From assembly GCA_030704615.1 (NCBI GenBank), contig CM060731.1, forward strand, positions 93,000,001 through 93,064,000: a stretch of DNA of 64,000 bases. Direction: 5' to 3'. The first letter of the stretch is position 1, and the number at the start of each line of letters is the position of its first letter. The position numbers and the translations under genes are program-made. Below the pieces are notes generated by a model that worked only from the letters and a program-made list of their open reading frames with translations, was not told the DNA's origin and ran no database searches. This document shows, one piece after another, positions 11,446 to 25,924 of the stretch. The DNA is from Takakia lepidozioides (Eukaryota > Plantae > Bryophyta).

Positions 11446-14400
11446 CCTTCCGGATGCGAAAGGGTCCCGCATACGGAGGTACGAACTTCGGACTCACTTC
11501 CGGAGGTAGTTGGAAATTCTTGATGTTCAACCAGACCTCCGTGCCTGCCTCAAACTTAACTTCCCTCCGCTTCCGATTCGCCTACCTTTCATACCGTTTC
11601 CTAGCTTTGGCAATGTTGTACTTTGCGAGCTTCAACAAACACTCGCGTTCTTCCAGTACCGCCGTTGCTGCCGGTTCCTCAATGTCCTGGGCGGCCCAAC
11701 TTGTCGGCACCAGAGGTGCTTTTCCATAGACCAATACGAAAGGGGAAACTCCCGTTGCGGAGTGTTTTGTGTTATTATAACAAAACTCTGCCGCATCCAA
11801 GTGTTCCACCCAGTCCGATTGGTCTGCCGACACGTAATTCCACAAGATCTGCTTCACCACGGAATTCACCCTTTCCGTTTGGCCGTCTATCGTAGGTCGG
11901 AAGGCGGTGCTCATCTTGAGCCTTGTCCCCATTTTCTTCCAAAGTGTCCTCCAAAATTTACTTGTAAACTTTGGATCGCGGTCCGAGACAATATCCTTCG
12001 GGAGTCCATGATGTTTGAAGACGTGGGCGAAATAGAGTTGCCCCGTCTCCTGCGCCATTGCCGTCTCCTTGGTGGGGATGAAATGGCCCATTTTACTGAA
12101 CATATCCACCACCACCATGATTGCATCGAATCCTTTTGACAGCGGCATAGCAGTCATGAAATCCATCGAGACACTTTCCCAAGACCCCTCTGGAATCGGC
12201 AAGGATTGTAACAGTCTCACTTGCTTTTTGTACTCGCTCCGGTTTTGTTGGCATGTGGTGCATGTCTTGACATACTCCTCGGCCTCCTCCCTCAGTTTGG
12301 GCTAGAAATACTCTTTCTTCAAGAGTGCCGCGGTGCGCTTGGCTCCGCCGTGGCCTGCAAGCGGGCCATCATGGCATTCTCTCAAGAGACTATTTCTGAT
12401 CCCTCCCTTCGGCACGTAGAGACGCTTTTGTTTGTACTAGAGTAGTCCATTTTGCAAGTGGAACTGCGATTTAACCCCCATCCTCAAGTCCCGCATCACG
12501 GACTTTGCCATCTCATCCTTCCGGTAAGCCTTCCGGATCTTCCTTTGGAGCGTCGTCTCGCCCCTATACACAAACATGAGCTGCTGCTTTCTACTTAAAG
12601 CATCGGCCACCACATTGTCCCGTCCCGGTTTGTATTGGATATCCACGTCACCACCGCCAAAGTATATTGCCACCTAAGTTGTTTTGGGGACAACTTAGGC
12701 TGCGTGGCAAAATACTTCACCGTGACATTGTCCGTGAACACCTGCACCGGGTTGGAACCAACACAAAGGCGCCAAAGCTCAAGGCAATGCACCACCGCCT
12801 TCATTTCCTTCTCATGCGTAGGCCACCGTCACTCCACTTCATTCAGTTTCTTATTTTCGTAAGCCACTGGACGTCCATCCTGCATGAGCACACCCCCTAT
12901 TGCGAAGTCCGACGCATCCGTATGAATCTCAAATGGACGGTCGAACTCCAGGATTTTGAGGACTGGAGTTCCGCCATCCGCTGCTTCAATTTGGCAAAAG
13001 CTTGGCCACAAAAAGTGTTCCATACCCAGACTTTGGATTTACACAGAAGGTCTGACAGCGGCCCCGCGATCTTGGCGAAATTTCTCATATACTTCCGGTA
13101 ATAGGAGGCAAGTCCTAGGAAGGATCGCACTCCCGGGACCGAAGTTGGAGGTTCCCAGTCCAAGATCGCCCTCACCTTTCTGTCATCCATTTTGATCCCA
13201 TCCTGTGTAATCACATGCCCCACTTTTGTGACCCCAAATTCGCACTTTGAAGCTTTGGCATACAGCTTCCCTTCCCACAATTTTTGGAACACCCTTTTGA
13301 GGTGCCCCAGGTGCTCTTCCTTTGTTTTCGAGTACACCAAGATGTCGTCGATGTACACGATCACAAAGTCATCCAACCACTCCTGGAAAAGGTTGTTCAT
13401 TAGCGTGCTAAAGGTCGCGGGTGCGTTGGTGAGTCCAAAAGGCATCACCAAGAACTCATATGAACTATGTCCTGCACGCGGTTTTCTCCTCATCTCCTTC
13501 CGCCATTTGGATTTGATGGTAGCCAGAGCGCAAATCGATCCGGCTGAAATACTTTGCTCCTGCCAACCGATCAAAGAGGTCGTCAATTCTTGGCAAAGGG
13601 TACCGGTTCTTGATAGTCACCTTATTCAGAGCCCTGTAGTCGACACACATCCGCAGCGTCCCATCCTTCTTGTCTGCGAATAGCACCGGGACTCCGTAAG
13701 GTGACTTACTCGGCCGGATGTACCCTTTGACATTAGATCCTTGAGCTGAGTCTTCAACTCGATCAACTCTCTGTGGCTCAACTGGTAGGGCACCTTGGCA
13801 GGCGGCTCCGATCCCGGTATCACCTCAATCTTGTGGTCAACTCCTCTTCGCGGTGGCAAGCCGCTTGGTAAATCCTCCGGCATCACATCTTGGTGTTTCT
13901 CCAAAATCCCCTTGATCCAATCTAGGCTCGGCTCCCCATCGCCTTCTCTCTTCACTTGTCTTACATAAAGCAAAAACTGGGGCTCGTGTGACTCCTCCAT
14001 GACCCACTCTTTTGCTGACAACAGGTTTATTCGCCCTCCTACTGGGTCGGGCGTTTCCGACACTCTTAAAACTTCGCCACCATTCCCACACGGTAGCGTG
14101 ACTATTCTCTTGCGGCCATCTATGACCGCTCCGGATTTGCTCAAAAAGGTCATCCCCAAAATGAGATCCACTCCATCGATCTCGCAAATGGTGAAGTTAT
14201 CACGTCCCTCCCAACTCCCGAGCTGAAGAGGAACATCGAACGCCAACCTTGTCGCCAATTGTGGTTCTCCTTTGGCAGAACGCACCTCAATAGAGGCCCC
14301 CACATCACTTGTCGGGAGTCCCAGCTTCCGTGCCGTTTTCAGTGTCATGAAGGAGTGCGTCGCTCCTGTGTCCACCAACAACGACACGTTAGTTCCGGAA

Positions 14401-15643
14401 ATTATCCCACTCACGAACAATAACTGACTCCCTTTACGCAGGGCGCCAGTTTCTTGATACAACTCACAAGAGTAGTTGCCTACCTTGCAAGTCTTGACGA
14501 CCACCGCTTCCACCAAGCGGCTGATGGAATCTTCTGACAGCTCTGTGATCGCCCGAGTCATGTTCAATTGTCGGGGTTTGGCGCACTTCTTAGCCATGTG
14601 TCCGGGCTCCCCGCAATTAAAACACACCCCATCAAAGGTCGCCTTCTGTCCGCCATAAGCCGCCGCACCTGATTTTCCTTTCCGAGCACCGGGTGCCGCC
14701 TTGACGTGAGAAGGACCTCCCTTCGATTTCCACGTGCCATTGTCGCCGCGTGGCCTATCCCACTTCTTTTCCGGTTGGAAGGAGTCACCCTCCCGCCGGG
14801 TCTTCTTGTGGTTCAGCTCCATACGGCCTTGTCTTTCGCCCCTAGGGACATCCGAGAAACATTCAGCCCTCTCAATTGCCTCGTTCAAAGTCTTAGGTGG
14901 TTTCTCCTCCAACTTCCGTCTGGCCCATGGGGCCAGTCCCGCCACAAAGTTGAAGACCATTTTTGGTTCTGCCATGTCCGCGACTTTGAGTAACAGCACA
15001 TTGAAAGCCTGAACATATCCCCGAATGTCATCCGTTTGCTTCAGATTCCTCATCTTGTCCCGGGCGAGCCAGGACGCGTTGATGGGCACAAACTGTCTCT
15101 TCATCAGTTCCTTGAACCCACTCCAATTCAAGGTTTCCGGGTTTGGACCTCGGTCGTGAAGGCGTTTCTGCCACCATTGTTGAGCATAGCCCCTCAAATA
15201 GGTGGGAGCCACTCCACCCGATCCTCGTCACTCAACTTGGTCGCCCGGAAGTACTGCTCTAGCTCCAAGAGCCAGGTGTTGAGTGCCTTCCAATTTCGGA
15301 TGCCCTCGAAGGTGCCAGGTTCCTTAGGCTTCACCTTAAACTTTGCCTTGGTGGAAGTGGCATTAGCCGCCCTCAACACGTCTTTCAACGTCCCGCCAAA
15401 CTGCGCCAACAACCCTTCCCAAAAGGCTGCTGGTATCGGAGAAATCTGTTGGTCTGTCGGAGCTCTCAGGGATTCCTCGGGCTCCGACTCCTCAGATTCC
15501 TCCTGTTTTTGAGTGGCCTCGCTTTCAAAAGCATGCATCGCTTCCTCAAATGGCCGCTTCGGTGACACGCCGCCCCCATTGGGCTCACCAGGATCATCAT
15601 CTTTCGGGCCGTTCCGCTTTCAATTTGGCTTGCCCGACCCCAT
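11446..15643 (-). pseudogene. gag-pol polyprotein, disrupted
   Basis: Zn knuckle CFNCGEPGHMAKKC, protease [22 protein letters not shown] and YIDDILVYS, RNase H DASDFAIGGVL, integrase SMDF/SDRD/GQTER and PYAGPF (GPY/F); several frameshifts and stops. Confidence 0.92.
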
Positions 15644-16105
15644 GATGAGGCCGATCCCAAGGACGATCGCGTACTGAACTCTAAGCTCTGATACCTAGTG
15701 TCGCGCACCTCACTCCGGTAGGCTCCCCTTCAAGTCATAGTTACTCGCTTTGATGCGCGCGCCTAACTCCCAACCTGGCCGCCGGGCCAACTCAGAGCTT
15801 TGGCTGCTCACCGGGACATAACGGTCCCCCTTTTCTCCCCCAACAGACCCTCCACCAATTTGGGCCTAGAGGAAATTCCTTTTGGTAGATGGCAGTCTGG
15901 AATAGCTCCCCACTTCTTGGTCACTTTTCGGCTCGCTCGCTTACTCACTAGTTTTTGGTCACCAACGGGCTTGCACCGTTCTCGGGGTTACTACTCCCTA
16001 TATATACTTTTGTGACTGTCTGCGGGTGTTTCACAAACAACCATGCCATTTTATGGCGAACCACCACGAAGATCTCGATTCCCGGTGATGAGTCTCGGTG
16101 AGTCT
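11446..16105 (-). mobile_element. Ty3/gypsy LTR retrotransposon family 1, truncated at both ends
   Basis: Partial 5' LTR 15699-16105, degenerate tRNA-Met PBS at ~15685-15696, domain order gag-PR-RT-RH-INT. Confidence 0.92.
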
Positions 16106-19035
16106 AACCGCTTTCCTAACTAACCGTCATCCCTGTAGTACACGTTCCTTTTTCAGATGTCGTTCCCCATCGTCGTTCCCTGCCAATGATAACTATTCCC
16201 CAGCTATGTCGAGCTACGTGATCAAAGAGCATTCAGGCATTCTCAATTCTGGTGAGCATCCATGATGCTCCCGCACATACCTGGCATGTTCGCAAGGGTG
16301 GTGAGTAAGAAAAGATTTCGCAGGGATCCGCTTTGGATGATGTGAGTGTGCACCTGCTCACAACGTAGCCACATTCCAATGCAGGGGCTTGGTATGTTGA
16401 TAACGTCTAAATGGATGCAATGGATAGAAATGATGGATACAATGGATGTAACACATCCAGACTGCATTCCCTGGAAATGGCTGATCAACCCGCGGTAATA
16501 GGTGACACCCGCGGAAATAGGCCATGTATGCATGCTGATGTGGCGTGAGCCTGTGCTGGGCTCACGGTTTCCTGGGCTCACAGGCTCACGCCTCCGGGCT
16601 CACGGAATAGCACCCCCCCCCCCTCACACTCACCTGTAATGAGTTTACCACAATGGGCCTATAGTTGTTGTTGTCACATCACCCAGCTGTCGAATCTGTG
16701 GGCTATAATGAGCTGGAGTTGTATGTCAAGGACTTGTTGACCTTATTTGATGTAGTGGTCGAGCATATATTGAGGCTGATTAGACATGCACTTCACCCAT
16801 TTGTGGGTGAGCCCATTGCCTTGTACTGCAACAAGACATGACCTCAAAATTGAATATTATAGCCAAAATCACATTAGGCTGCTTATCCTAAATCTATGCT
16901 TCGAGACACTCCAGCAGCTCTCCCTCTAGAAAAAAAATTCACCAAATTGTTGGTGCTTTCATTCCAATGCATACTTTCGCAATGTAATAGCAGCCTGGGG
17001 ACACGAGCATCAGTATATGCGCTACCCAAATATGAGAAAACGTATACCAAAAATGTGAAATCGCGTGGTCCTTTAACTCGGTATCGTTGGGGATTCAACT
17101 CTAGCATTAATTTATGAATGGTCCAACCGGGACATGATTTATGTTTTACAAAGTTCGCTCTTGGTCGCTGGATTTTAACAAAATTAGTAGGAACCTCAAC
17201 AACTTTGTCTATTATTTCCATTCTAAATTAGCTGGGACGGCCAGTTCTGACGGCCGCATCAATTTTGTTAAGAGAAAATAGGAATGACCGCATGAATTCA
17301 ATGGTTGCAGTTTTTTTATTGTTTAATGATTAATATGTCCGGCAAATACGATATTAATAAAACACATTAATTGACGCACACCTTTTTTCCAACCTCAAAA
17401 ATAAATAAAACAAGTAAAACAAACTTGAACGTCATAGAAGATATACACCATGGTTGCCACGTCAAAAGAAAATAGTAGAAGTTAAACATTGGCACCTCAT
17501 CCGGTCGGAAAACACACTGAAGAATCACGTGAAACCGCTCGCTTATGGACTTACGTGTTTTTCGAGCGTCAAAGAAGGTTGGGATACAATAAATTGAAGA
17601 TTTGGTTCTCAGATGATGGTTCTCATCTGATGGCAAAATGTTGGTGGTCGCTAATACAGAATTGTAAATATAGCAGTTCTTAAAGACCTGATATTGTTGG
17701 CATGGGAGTGGCACAAATGATTCTTATACAAATCAACTGAAGGAACAACAACAACATCAAACACCTTACATAAAATGGGATTGTTGACATTAGTTGTGAG
17801 AGCTCCAAACAACAAATCACTCCCACTTTTGGAGTAAATACAATTTCGCATAAAATACTATATTGCATCGTTGGGTAAGTGTAGTTACAGAACGCGTAGC
17901 TCCACATCGCGTCCACATTGCTGTTATTATATTTTTGTTGTGAGGGCTTATTTAAGTGTATCCAATGATGGTTTTGCATTTCAACAAATATGGTTTTCAT
18001 TCCGTCTTTACTATGAGACAACGCAGGCCGTCACGTCCTTGCCACGGTACGGTCAAGTTTCACACACGTCATCACCATAAAAAATCGGTCGTGGACAAGA
18101 CCCTATAAATACTCTAAGATTTTCTTTTTGTGTTTCTTGGTATCGAGAGCTCCAAGTGGCAAGGCAAGTTTGGCGGGAGCTTGAGCAAACTATTGAGCAA
18201 CAATCCGAGTGCGCCGTTTGTTGTAAAAAAATGGAATGACTCAAGAATATGCGGTTCAGTCTCCAAGCTGTTCAACCAACTTGGAAGATAGTGAGTTCCA
18301 AACCATGCAACCATGTCGGCGTGTGTGATGATTGTGCCATCGAATTTAAATATTTTTTAAGTAAATAATTGGATTTCGAATGTCAATGATTGGGGTTTCT
18401 GCTACGTAATGATTTTATTTTTTGCTCAAATTTGTTGAGTGAATTCAACCCTCACACCACTACATCCTTGGAGAATTTTGGACCAAACAAAAAAGAAAAA
18501 AGAAAAAGTTTTCTTACATCATTATTGCAGAACTCTCTATGTAGAGTGCATGAAGTTGAGAGACAAATGAACTTCGGGTTGCTCATGAGGGAAGAAAATA
18601 TGGTTTTGGGTTCATATGACTTTTGTTCACTCCCAAATTTTGCACGCACAATGCATATGTTGTCATAAAGTAATGGTTCAAGAATAGAAAAAATAAATAA
18701 AAATCATGTGCAGGCGAAACGCAGTCCAACAAGTCCTAGAGTAATATGAGATCAAACGAATTCATTCAATGGCCCAAGGGATGGTTGTCCATCCAAATAA
18801 TTTTAGTTTGCTTTGAAACTTTAACAGTATCTTCAGTACACCGTCCCACATGTCCCGGCTTGCAAGTATCGAGTGAGAGAAAATGTACTCTCAATTCGTC
18901 CGTCCTTGCGCCACTGTGTGAGAAGTAAAGCGAGTGTGTAATCCGTTACATCCGCCATAGCTACAAAGCTAGTGCTTTGATTGCCCCTCCCGTCGAGACA
19001 CTGGCTATTCGGAGCCACCCCGACTCTTCCGCTGG

Positions 19036-20119
19036 CTATTCGGAACCCCGACTCTTCCGCTCATTTCCTTGTTCTTGTTTCTTGGAGGGAACCACCTGCA
19101 TGTAATTCTCACTCCTGATTGGCCGTTGCCTGCTTAGGTAACTTCTTAATTCCACCCCCCTCCGTGGACACACTATCCTCCATATCTGACATGTAGTCAA
19201 ACAGACCATCCTCTTCCATTGGTGTGAATAAACTCTGTCTTGTGCGTGAATCTTGCATTTGATCAAGAGCCACATGACCTCCGTCTGGCCCTCATGGTGT
19301 GGAGTGGAAAGTAAGCCACATTGAGCCAAGGTCCGTACCTGACCCTCAATGTCTATGTCTCCGTATCAACTACTGCCCCGAACTTCTTCAAGAAGTCTAG
19401 TCCGAGCAGCATGTTGTATGTGTTAGTGTCCACCACCATAAAACTGATCCTGTTAGTTAGTTTTCCCACTGTAACCTTCAAGTTGTCAAGTATCCCCATT
19501 GCACTGTCTCAATAGCACCTGAAGCTACCCGATGTGTCATGTCCCTGTCAGTGGTGACACAGCTCATTAAGCCCAAGTCTCTTACTGTGGTTGCTGCTAT
19601 CACGGATATCATGGCCCCTGTATCAATCAGGCCCATTACTTGGTAATTGCCAATCGTAACCAGAGCATGCAAAGCCTTCACTTTGCCACTGAAAGCATAT
19701 GATATTGCTTCCAGATTTGGGTCACTTGTGTCATGTGCCAATTTGGACTCATGTTGAACCCTATTGGCTGGAAAAGCATTGAATTTGCTCTTCTCCACAA
19801 CCTTGACCAAACTTTTCAATTTCTCAAACTCACCATGCATGATGACCTCCATTGGTGACATGGATATGCGCCCTTTGTAGAAATGGTTCAATATCTTAGA
19901 TCTTCCTGTCTCTGGCTCGGGAAAATTTTCAGACCTTCTTGGGAAGAGAAACTGACTAGAGGCTCGTCTTTGTTCCTCTGGAAGCTCCTCTTGTGATATT
20001 GCCATGTCTTCGCCTTGTGAACTTGGACCGCCCTTCTGATTTGGAGGTACCACCGGTGTTCTTACTTTAGGGAGTCGTTGTATCTCTTTGATCTCGTCAT
20101 ACTGCATGTTGCACCACAT
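19036..20119 (-). pseudogene. Retrotransposon gag/aspartic protease fragment (separate gypsy family)
   Basis: VTIGNYQVMGLIDTGAMISVI protease motif; degenerate downstream. Confidence 0.7.
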
Positions 20120-20271
20120 AAACTCTTACTTTGATTAATTTCGGTCCCGTAATTGGGCACAATCGTCCGGACATGGCTAAGTGAACTGGCATGTGCAGAA
20201 ACCATAAGGGATAATGTTGCCGCAAATGCGTTGCATGGTGTGGATGGACTATGGGCGGTGGATGTATTTCG

Positions 20272-21000
20272 TGTCGTGGCCCTTTGCCTTGAGGGCAAGG
20301 GGGGGTCGGGACACAAGAGGGGCTGCCCCTGTGGTGGGGGCAATGGCAACAATAGGTACGGGGGCTGAAGCACCCTTGAGTGCCCAAGGCACTCAAGGAG
20401 GCGAAGGCGCTCACTAGGTGGAGCCCTGCAAACCGGGTTGCGGTGTGGGGTGGTTCCACGAGGGGTGGTGGTAGCTTAGTGGGTCTTAGTGGGGGTGGCA
20501 TTGGACTCACCATGGGGCGGAGACCTTGTGATGGGAGTCGTGGGGAGTCTTGGGACTCATCACGGTCCATTGGGGCCGTGGTGGGTGGGCCAAGACTCAC
20601 CGCGACTCATCACCGGGAGTCAAGGGTCTTCGTGGTGGTTCACCATAAAAGGACGGTGTTGTTTGTGAAACCCCTGCGGACAGTCACAGAAGTATATATA
20701 GGGAGTAGTAACCCCGAGAACGGTGCAAGCCTGTTGGTGACCAAAAATTAGTGAGTAAGTGTGCGAGCCGGAAAACGACCAAGGTGTGGGGAGCTGTTCC
20801 GGACTGCCAACAACCAAAGGGAATTTTCACTAGGCCCAAAGTGAACGAGGGTCTTGTGGAGGAGCAAAAGGGGACCGTTATGTCCCGGTGAGCAGCCGAA
20901 GCTCCGAGTTGGCCCGACGGCCAGTTTGGGAGTTAGGCGCGCGCATCAAAGCGAGTAACTATGATGTGAAGGGGAGCTTACCGAAGTGAGGTGCGCGACA
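20272..21000 (+). repeat. Complete 5' LTR of gypsy family 1
   Basis: TGTCG...CGACA termini, internal TATATATA at ~20693, PBS directly downstream; matches 15699-16105 (reverse complement) and 45045-45360. Confidence 0.9.
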
Positions 21001-21002
21001 TT

Positions 21003-21014
21003 TGGTATCAGAGC
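21003..21014 (+). other. Primer-binding site (initiator tRNA-Met)
   Basis: TGGTATCAGAGC, 2 nt after the LTR end. Confidence 0.92.
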
Positions 21015-21055
21015 TTAGAGTTCAGTACGCGATCGTCCTTGAGATCGGCCTCAAC

Positions 21056-23460
21056 ATGGGGTCGGGCAAGACAAAGCAAAAGCGGAGCGGCCCGAAAGAT
21101 GATGATCGTGGTGAGCCCAGTGGGGGCGACGTGTCACCGAAGCGGCAATTGGAAGAGGCGATTCATGCTTCTGAAAGCGAGGCCGCTCAAGAACGGGAGG
21201 AATTTTGGGAGTCGGAGCCCGAGGAATTTCTAGAGGCTCCACCAGACCAACAGATGCCTCCCATGCCAACAGCCTTTTGGGAAGGGTTGTTGGCGCAGTT
21301 TGGCAGGACGTTGAAAGACGTGTTGAGGGCGGCTACTGCCACTTTCACTAAGGTAAAGTTTAAGGTGAAGCCTAAGAAACCCGGCACCTTCGAGGGCATC
21401 CGAAATCAGAAGGCACTCAACACCTGGCTCTTGGAGCTAGAGCTGTACTTCCGGGCCGCCAAGTTGAGTGACGAGGATCGGGTGGAAGTGGCTCCCACCT
21501 ATTTGAGGGGCTATGCTCAACAATGGTGGCAGAAACGCCTTCATGACCAAGGTCCAAACCCAGAAACCTTGAGCCGGAGTGGGTTCAAGGAACTTATGAA
21601 AAGACAGTTTGTGCCCCTCAACACGTCTTGGCTTGCCCGAGACAAGATGAGGAATTTGAACCAAACGGATGACATTCGGGGATATGTTTAGGCTTTCAAT
21701 GTGTTGTTGCTCGAAGTCGCGGATATGGCAGAACCAGAAATGGTCTTCAACTTTGTGGCGGGACAGGCCCCATGAGCCAGGCGGAAGCTGGAGGAGAAGC
21801 CACCTAAGACTTTGAACGAGGCAATTGAAAGGGCTGAATGTTTCTCGGATGTCCCTAGGGGCAAAAGACAAGGCCGTACGGAGCTGAACCACAAGAAGAC
21901 CCGGCGGGATGGTGACTCCTTCCGACCGGAAAAGAAGTGGGATAGGCCACGCGGCGACAATGGCACGTGGAAATTGAAGGGAGGGCCTTCACACGTCAAG
22001 GCGGCACCCGGTGCTCCAAAAGGAAAATCAGGTGCGGCGGCTTATGGCGGACAGAAGGCGACCTTCGATGGAGTGTGCTTTAATTGCGGGGAGCCCGAGC
22101 ACATGGCCAAGAAGTGCATGAAACCCCGACAATTGAACATGACTCGGGCGGCCACGGAGCTGTCCGAAGATTCTATTAGCTGCTTGGTGGAGGCGGTGGT
22201 CGCCAAGACTTGCAAGGTAGGCAACTACTCTTGTGAGTTGTATCAGGAAACTGGTGCCTTGCGTAAAGGGAGTCAGTTAATGTTCGTGGGTGGGATAATC
22301 TCCGGAACTAACGTGTCGTTGTTGGTGGACACATGAGCGTCACACTCCTTCATGACACCGGCAACGGCACGGAAGCTGAGGCTCTCGACAAGTGATGTGG
22401 GGGCCTCCATTGAAGTGCGTTCGGCCAAAGGAGAACCATAACGGGCGACGAGGTTGGCGTTCGATGTTCCTCTTTAGCTGGGGAGTTGGGAGGGACGTGA
22501 GAACTTCACCATTTGTGAGATCGATGGAATGGATCTCATTTTGGGGATGACCTTTTTGAGAAAATCCGGAGCGGTCATAGATGGCCGCAAGAGAGTAGTC
22601 ACGCTACCGTGTGGGAATGGTAGCGAAGTGTTACGAGTTTCAGAAACGCCCAACCCTGTGGGAGGGCGAATAAACCTACTGTCAGCAAAGGAGTGGGCCA
22701 TGGATGAGCCACACGAGCCCCAGTTTTTGCTTTACGTAAGACAAGTGAAGGGAGAAGGCGATAGGGAGCCGAGCTCAGATTGGATCAAGGGGATTTTGGA
22801 GAAATACCAGGATGTGATGCTGGAGGATTTACCAAGCGGCTTGCCACCGCGAAGAGGAGTTGACCACAAGATTGAGGTGATACCCGGATCGGAGCCGCCT
22901 GCCAAGGCGCCCTACCGGTTGAGCCACAGAGAGTTGGTTGAGCTGAAGACTCAGCTCAAGGATCTAATGTCAAAGGGGTACATCCGGCCGAGTAAGTCAC
23001 CTTACGGAGCTCCGGTGCTATTCGCAGACAAGAAGGATGGGACGCTGCGGATGTGTGTCGATTACAGGGCTCTGAATAAGGTGACTATCAAGAACCGGTA
23101 CCCTTTGCCAAGGATCGACGACCTCTTCGATCGATTGGCAGGAGCGAAGTATTTCAGCCGGATCGATTCGCGCTCGGACTACCATCAAATCCGAGTGGCA
23201 GAAGGAGATGAGGAGAAGACCGCGTGCAGGACAAGATATGGTTCGTATGAGTTCTTGGTGATGCCTTTTGGGCTTACCAACGCACCCGCGACCTTTAGCA
23301 CGCTAATGAACAGCCTTTTCCAGGAGTGGTTGGATGACTTTGTGATCGTGTACATCGACGACATCTTGGTGTACTCGAAAATGAAGGAAGAGCACCTGGG
23401 GCACCTCAAAAAGGTGTTCCAGAATTTGTGGGAATGGAAGCTGTATGCCAAAGCTTCAAA
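21056..23460 (+). pseudogene. gypsy family 1 gag-PR-RT, disrupted and truncated within RT
   Basis: ORFs 21002-21691, 21812-22336 and 22529-23479 are near-identical to the minus-strand copy; in-frame stops; homology ends at KLYAKAS. Confidence 0.92.
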
Positions 23461-24200
23461 TTACCCGTCTGAAGGGTAAGGGTAAGGTAAATGAAATGGG
23501 CCAATCCGGGTAAATAATTTACCCTTACCCTGATTAACCCGCCGGATAAATCAAGGGTAAATGATTTAGCCGCACAAGACTGGTTTGGACGAGGGGCACA
23601 AAAGACACACATTTCTATTTCAGACAACAAAAGAGAAAAATAAGCATATTTGTTGAATATTCCCTTTTGGTGGTTCTGGCGACGACTGAAAAACAAGTTC
23701 TCTTGAGCATGTCTGCTCCGAATACCACAGTACTTGAATAAATTCAACAGGCACAGTTGAACCCAAATTGATTTTATTTTGTTGACGAAAATGAGGTTGA
23801 GCAGGCTCGCACACCGTAAGTAACCATATTCCACATGTTCCATGACATGACACAACGAAACCCCAATGTGATGAACCAAAAACAAACATGCAATGATGTG
23901 AAAAACAACCAAAAGCGAATAGTTTTTGGAAATAATTCGTCCAAACCTGCTACACAAAAGAGCAGAAAGGCCCAGTAATATATCTTGACGAACTCATGTC
24001 TTGATTTACTTTCTGTCATCAGTTCAGAACCATGGCATATTGCACTGGGAGAAGATAATTTGAAGATCCTGGAGAGAATGAGGAAAGCCTGTCTTGTTTC
24101 GCTGACGAAACCAGACGCCATAACTTCATCAGGAGAAGAAACCCATCACCACGATCTGTGTCGTTGGCGAAACATGCATGAGTTATTTATCTGACGAAAA
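23461..24200. mobile_element. Possible DNA-transposon subterminal region
   Basis: Clustered GGGTAA/TTACCC motifs in both orientations (23461-23565), then scattered TGACGAA motifs; no TIR or TSD identified. Confidence 0.3.
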
Positions 24201-25924
24201 AAATTGAAAAAAATATTACAGACACTGTCACAAAATGTTTGTAAGAAGATTCCTATTTGATAAGAAGTCAAGAAACTTTGGAATAACTCTAACGTGTTTA
24301 AATTCGTAGGCAAAACACTAAGAGCATGTCATCTGCATAGTGTTGAGAATCCGCATGATGTGCCCGCTCAATTGAGATTTATTGGGATTCATGTTTTGTT
24401 TTATTTCCTTATGCTATGAAGCTCAAATATGTTACTGAATCCCACTTCATTACCATTTTTCTCTTCCAATCTGCTTTGTGGAAAGTGGGTCTCAAACGGC
24501 TATGAATAGCAAAGACGTAACATGGGCAAGCCCATGTCGAACAAAGAGCACCAGTAAAACAACTCTTGTGCAATTCCAACAGGAAGTATAATTTTAGACA
24601 TTAGGATTTTCCAGGCTTCCACCATGATAGAACTCATATCATCATTTTCCTTTCTCCATCATTGTGTATACACAATAATACATACTTTCTCCGATCTGGA
24701 GCACCATAAGTACTTTGCCTTTTTAATGTTCATTAGAGTGTATTGTGACGTATCCAATTTTACATTATACAAAAAATAAAAAACACACGCAAAAAAAGGC
24801 TCCCATACCTTGTGTGGTAGAACACCAAGAGTTCCAGGAGAACCTTCCATAGTGGAGCCCCCCTCCTCCTGCTGGTCCTACTTGCTGCCAGTAGACATGA
24901 ACTAGAGAACTTACCTTCCATAGTGGAGCCTTTTTTTTTCCAACTGCTTGGGGTACATATTTGCTTGAACGACTAAGTCAGCAGGACCTACTTGTGTTTG
25001 TCACAACAACAAGCTATCCACATTTTAGCTCCTAAGTTGAATTACATGGCTAAGCCTATGGCCACGTCGACATTCAGAATTTTAGGGTTTAGGGCTAGTT
25101 CTGTCAAGTAACACTTTCAATAAATCGCTAGCGAATACCTTTGTTTGCCTCATTATGTGAAGTTGTGAAACGATTGTTTGTTTTTAAGGTGTCAGATTCT
25201 GTTGGATATTATGAGTTAGTTGTTCGCAGTGTGTGTTTTGCGTAGGATACCATACCAGTAATTGTTTTGAACTTGGAGCTTTGGAGGGGAATTCCGACCG
25301 ATTGATCTGTTTCGCATGCAAATCCCTTCTCGTAGCATATTTTTGATATCAATACATGCAAGAACCGATTATTCAGGATATCTGGGGGGCCTTGTTATGA
25401 ACGGTGCATGACCGTCTTAATTGTGGGTGGCAAATCCCAACTGTTTGATATGTTTCGCATGCCAAACCATGTTTTGCATTTTCGTGGTTTCAATACATTT
25501 AAGAGCACATTCTTCCCGAGATCCACAGTTCATTTCAAATCCATTTCTTGCATTCCTCAAATCCATTTATGCATTCTTTAGCACAGTTCATATCAAATCC
25601 ATTACATTCATTTTCCTTCAGTGAATGATCTGTCTGTCTCCGTCTTCTCTCGATTGGGGTGATATCCAATAGTGTAGGTGTCCACAATAATGAACATTAT
25701 TATTAATATTGATCCAAATACTAATTTTCATCGAAATATATTATTACATTATTAGATAATTGGAATATTAGATTGGACAATGTGTATAAATAGGAGGGAT
25801 CATGGTAATCCAGGGAAGGTCTTGTTATGCTCTTTCCTGAAGGATAATGGATAGGGAACTTGAAATATGTAGGCCAAGGGCGCCAGAGCAAGGTGAGATT
25901 TTGGTTTGTGTTTAGGGTAGTGGT

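Noticed and set aside
11016-11729. Transposase-integrase fusion protein
   Set aside because: Read-through across a deletion junction into the antisense strand of gypsy integrase
16620-18990. Probable non-autonomous repeat DNA (also 48.1-50.0 kb)
   Set aside because: No termini, TSD or coding motif could be identified
25081-25094. TTTAGGG twice (plant telomere-like)
   Set aside because: Too short to call an interstitial telomere
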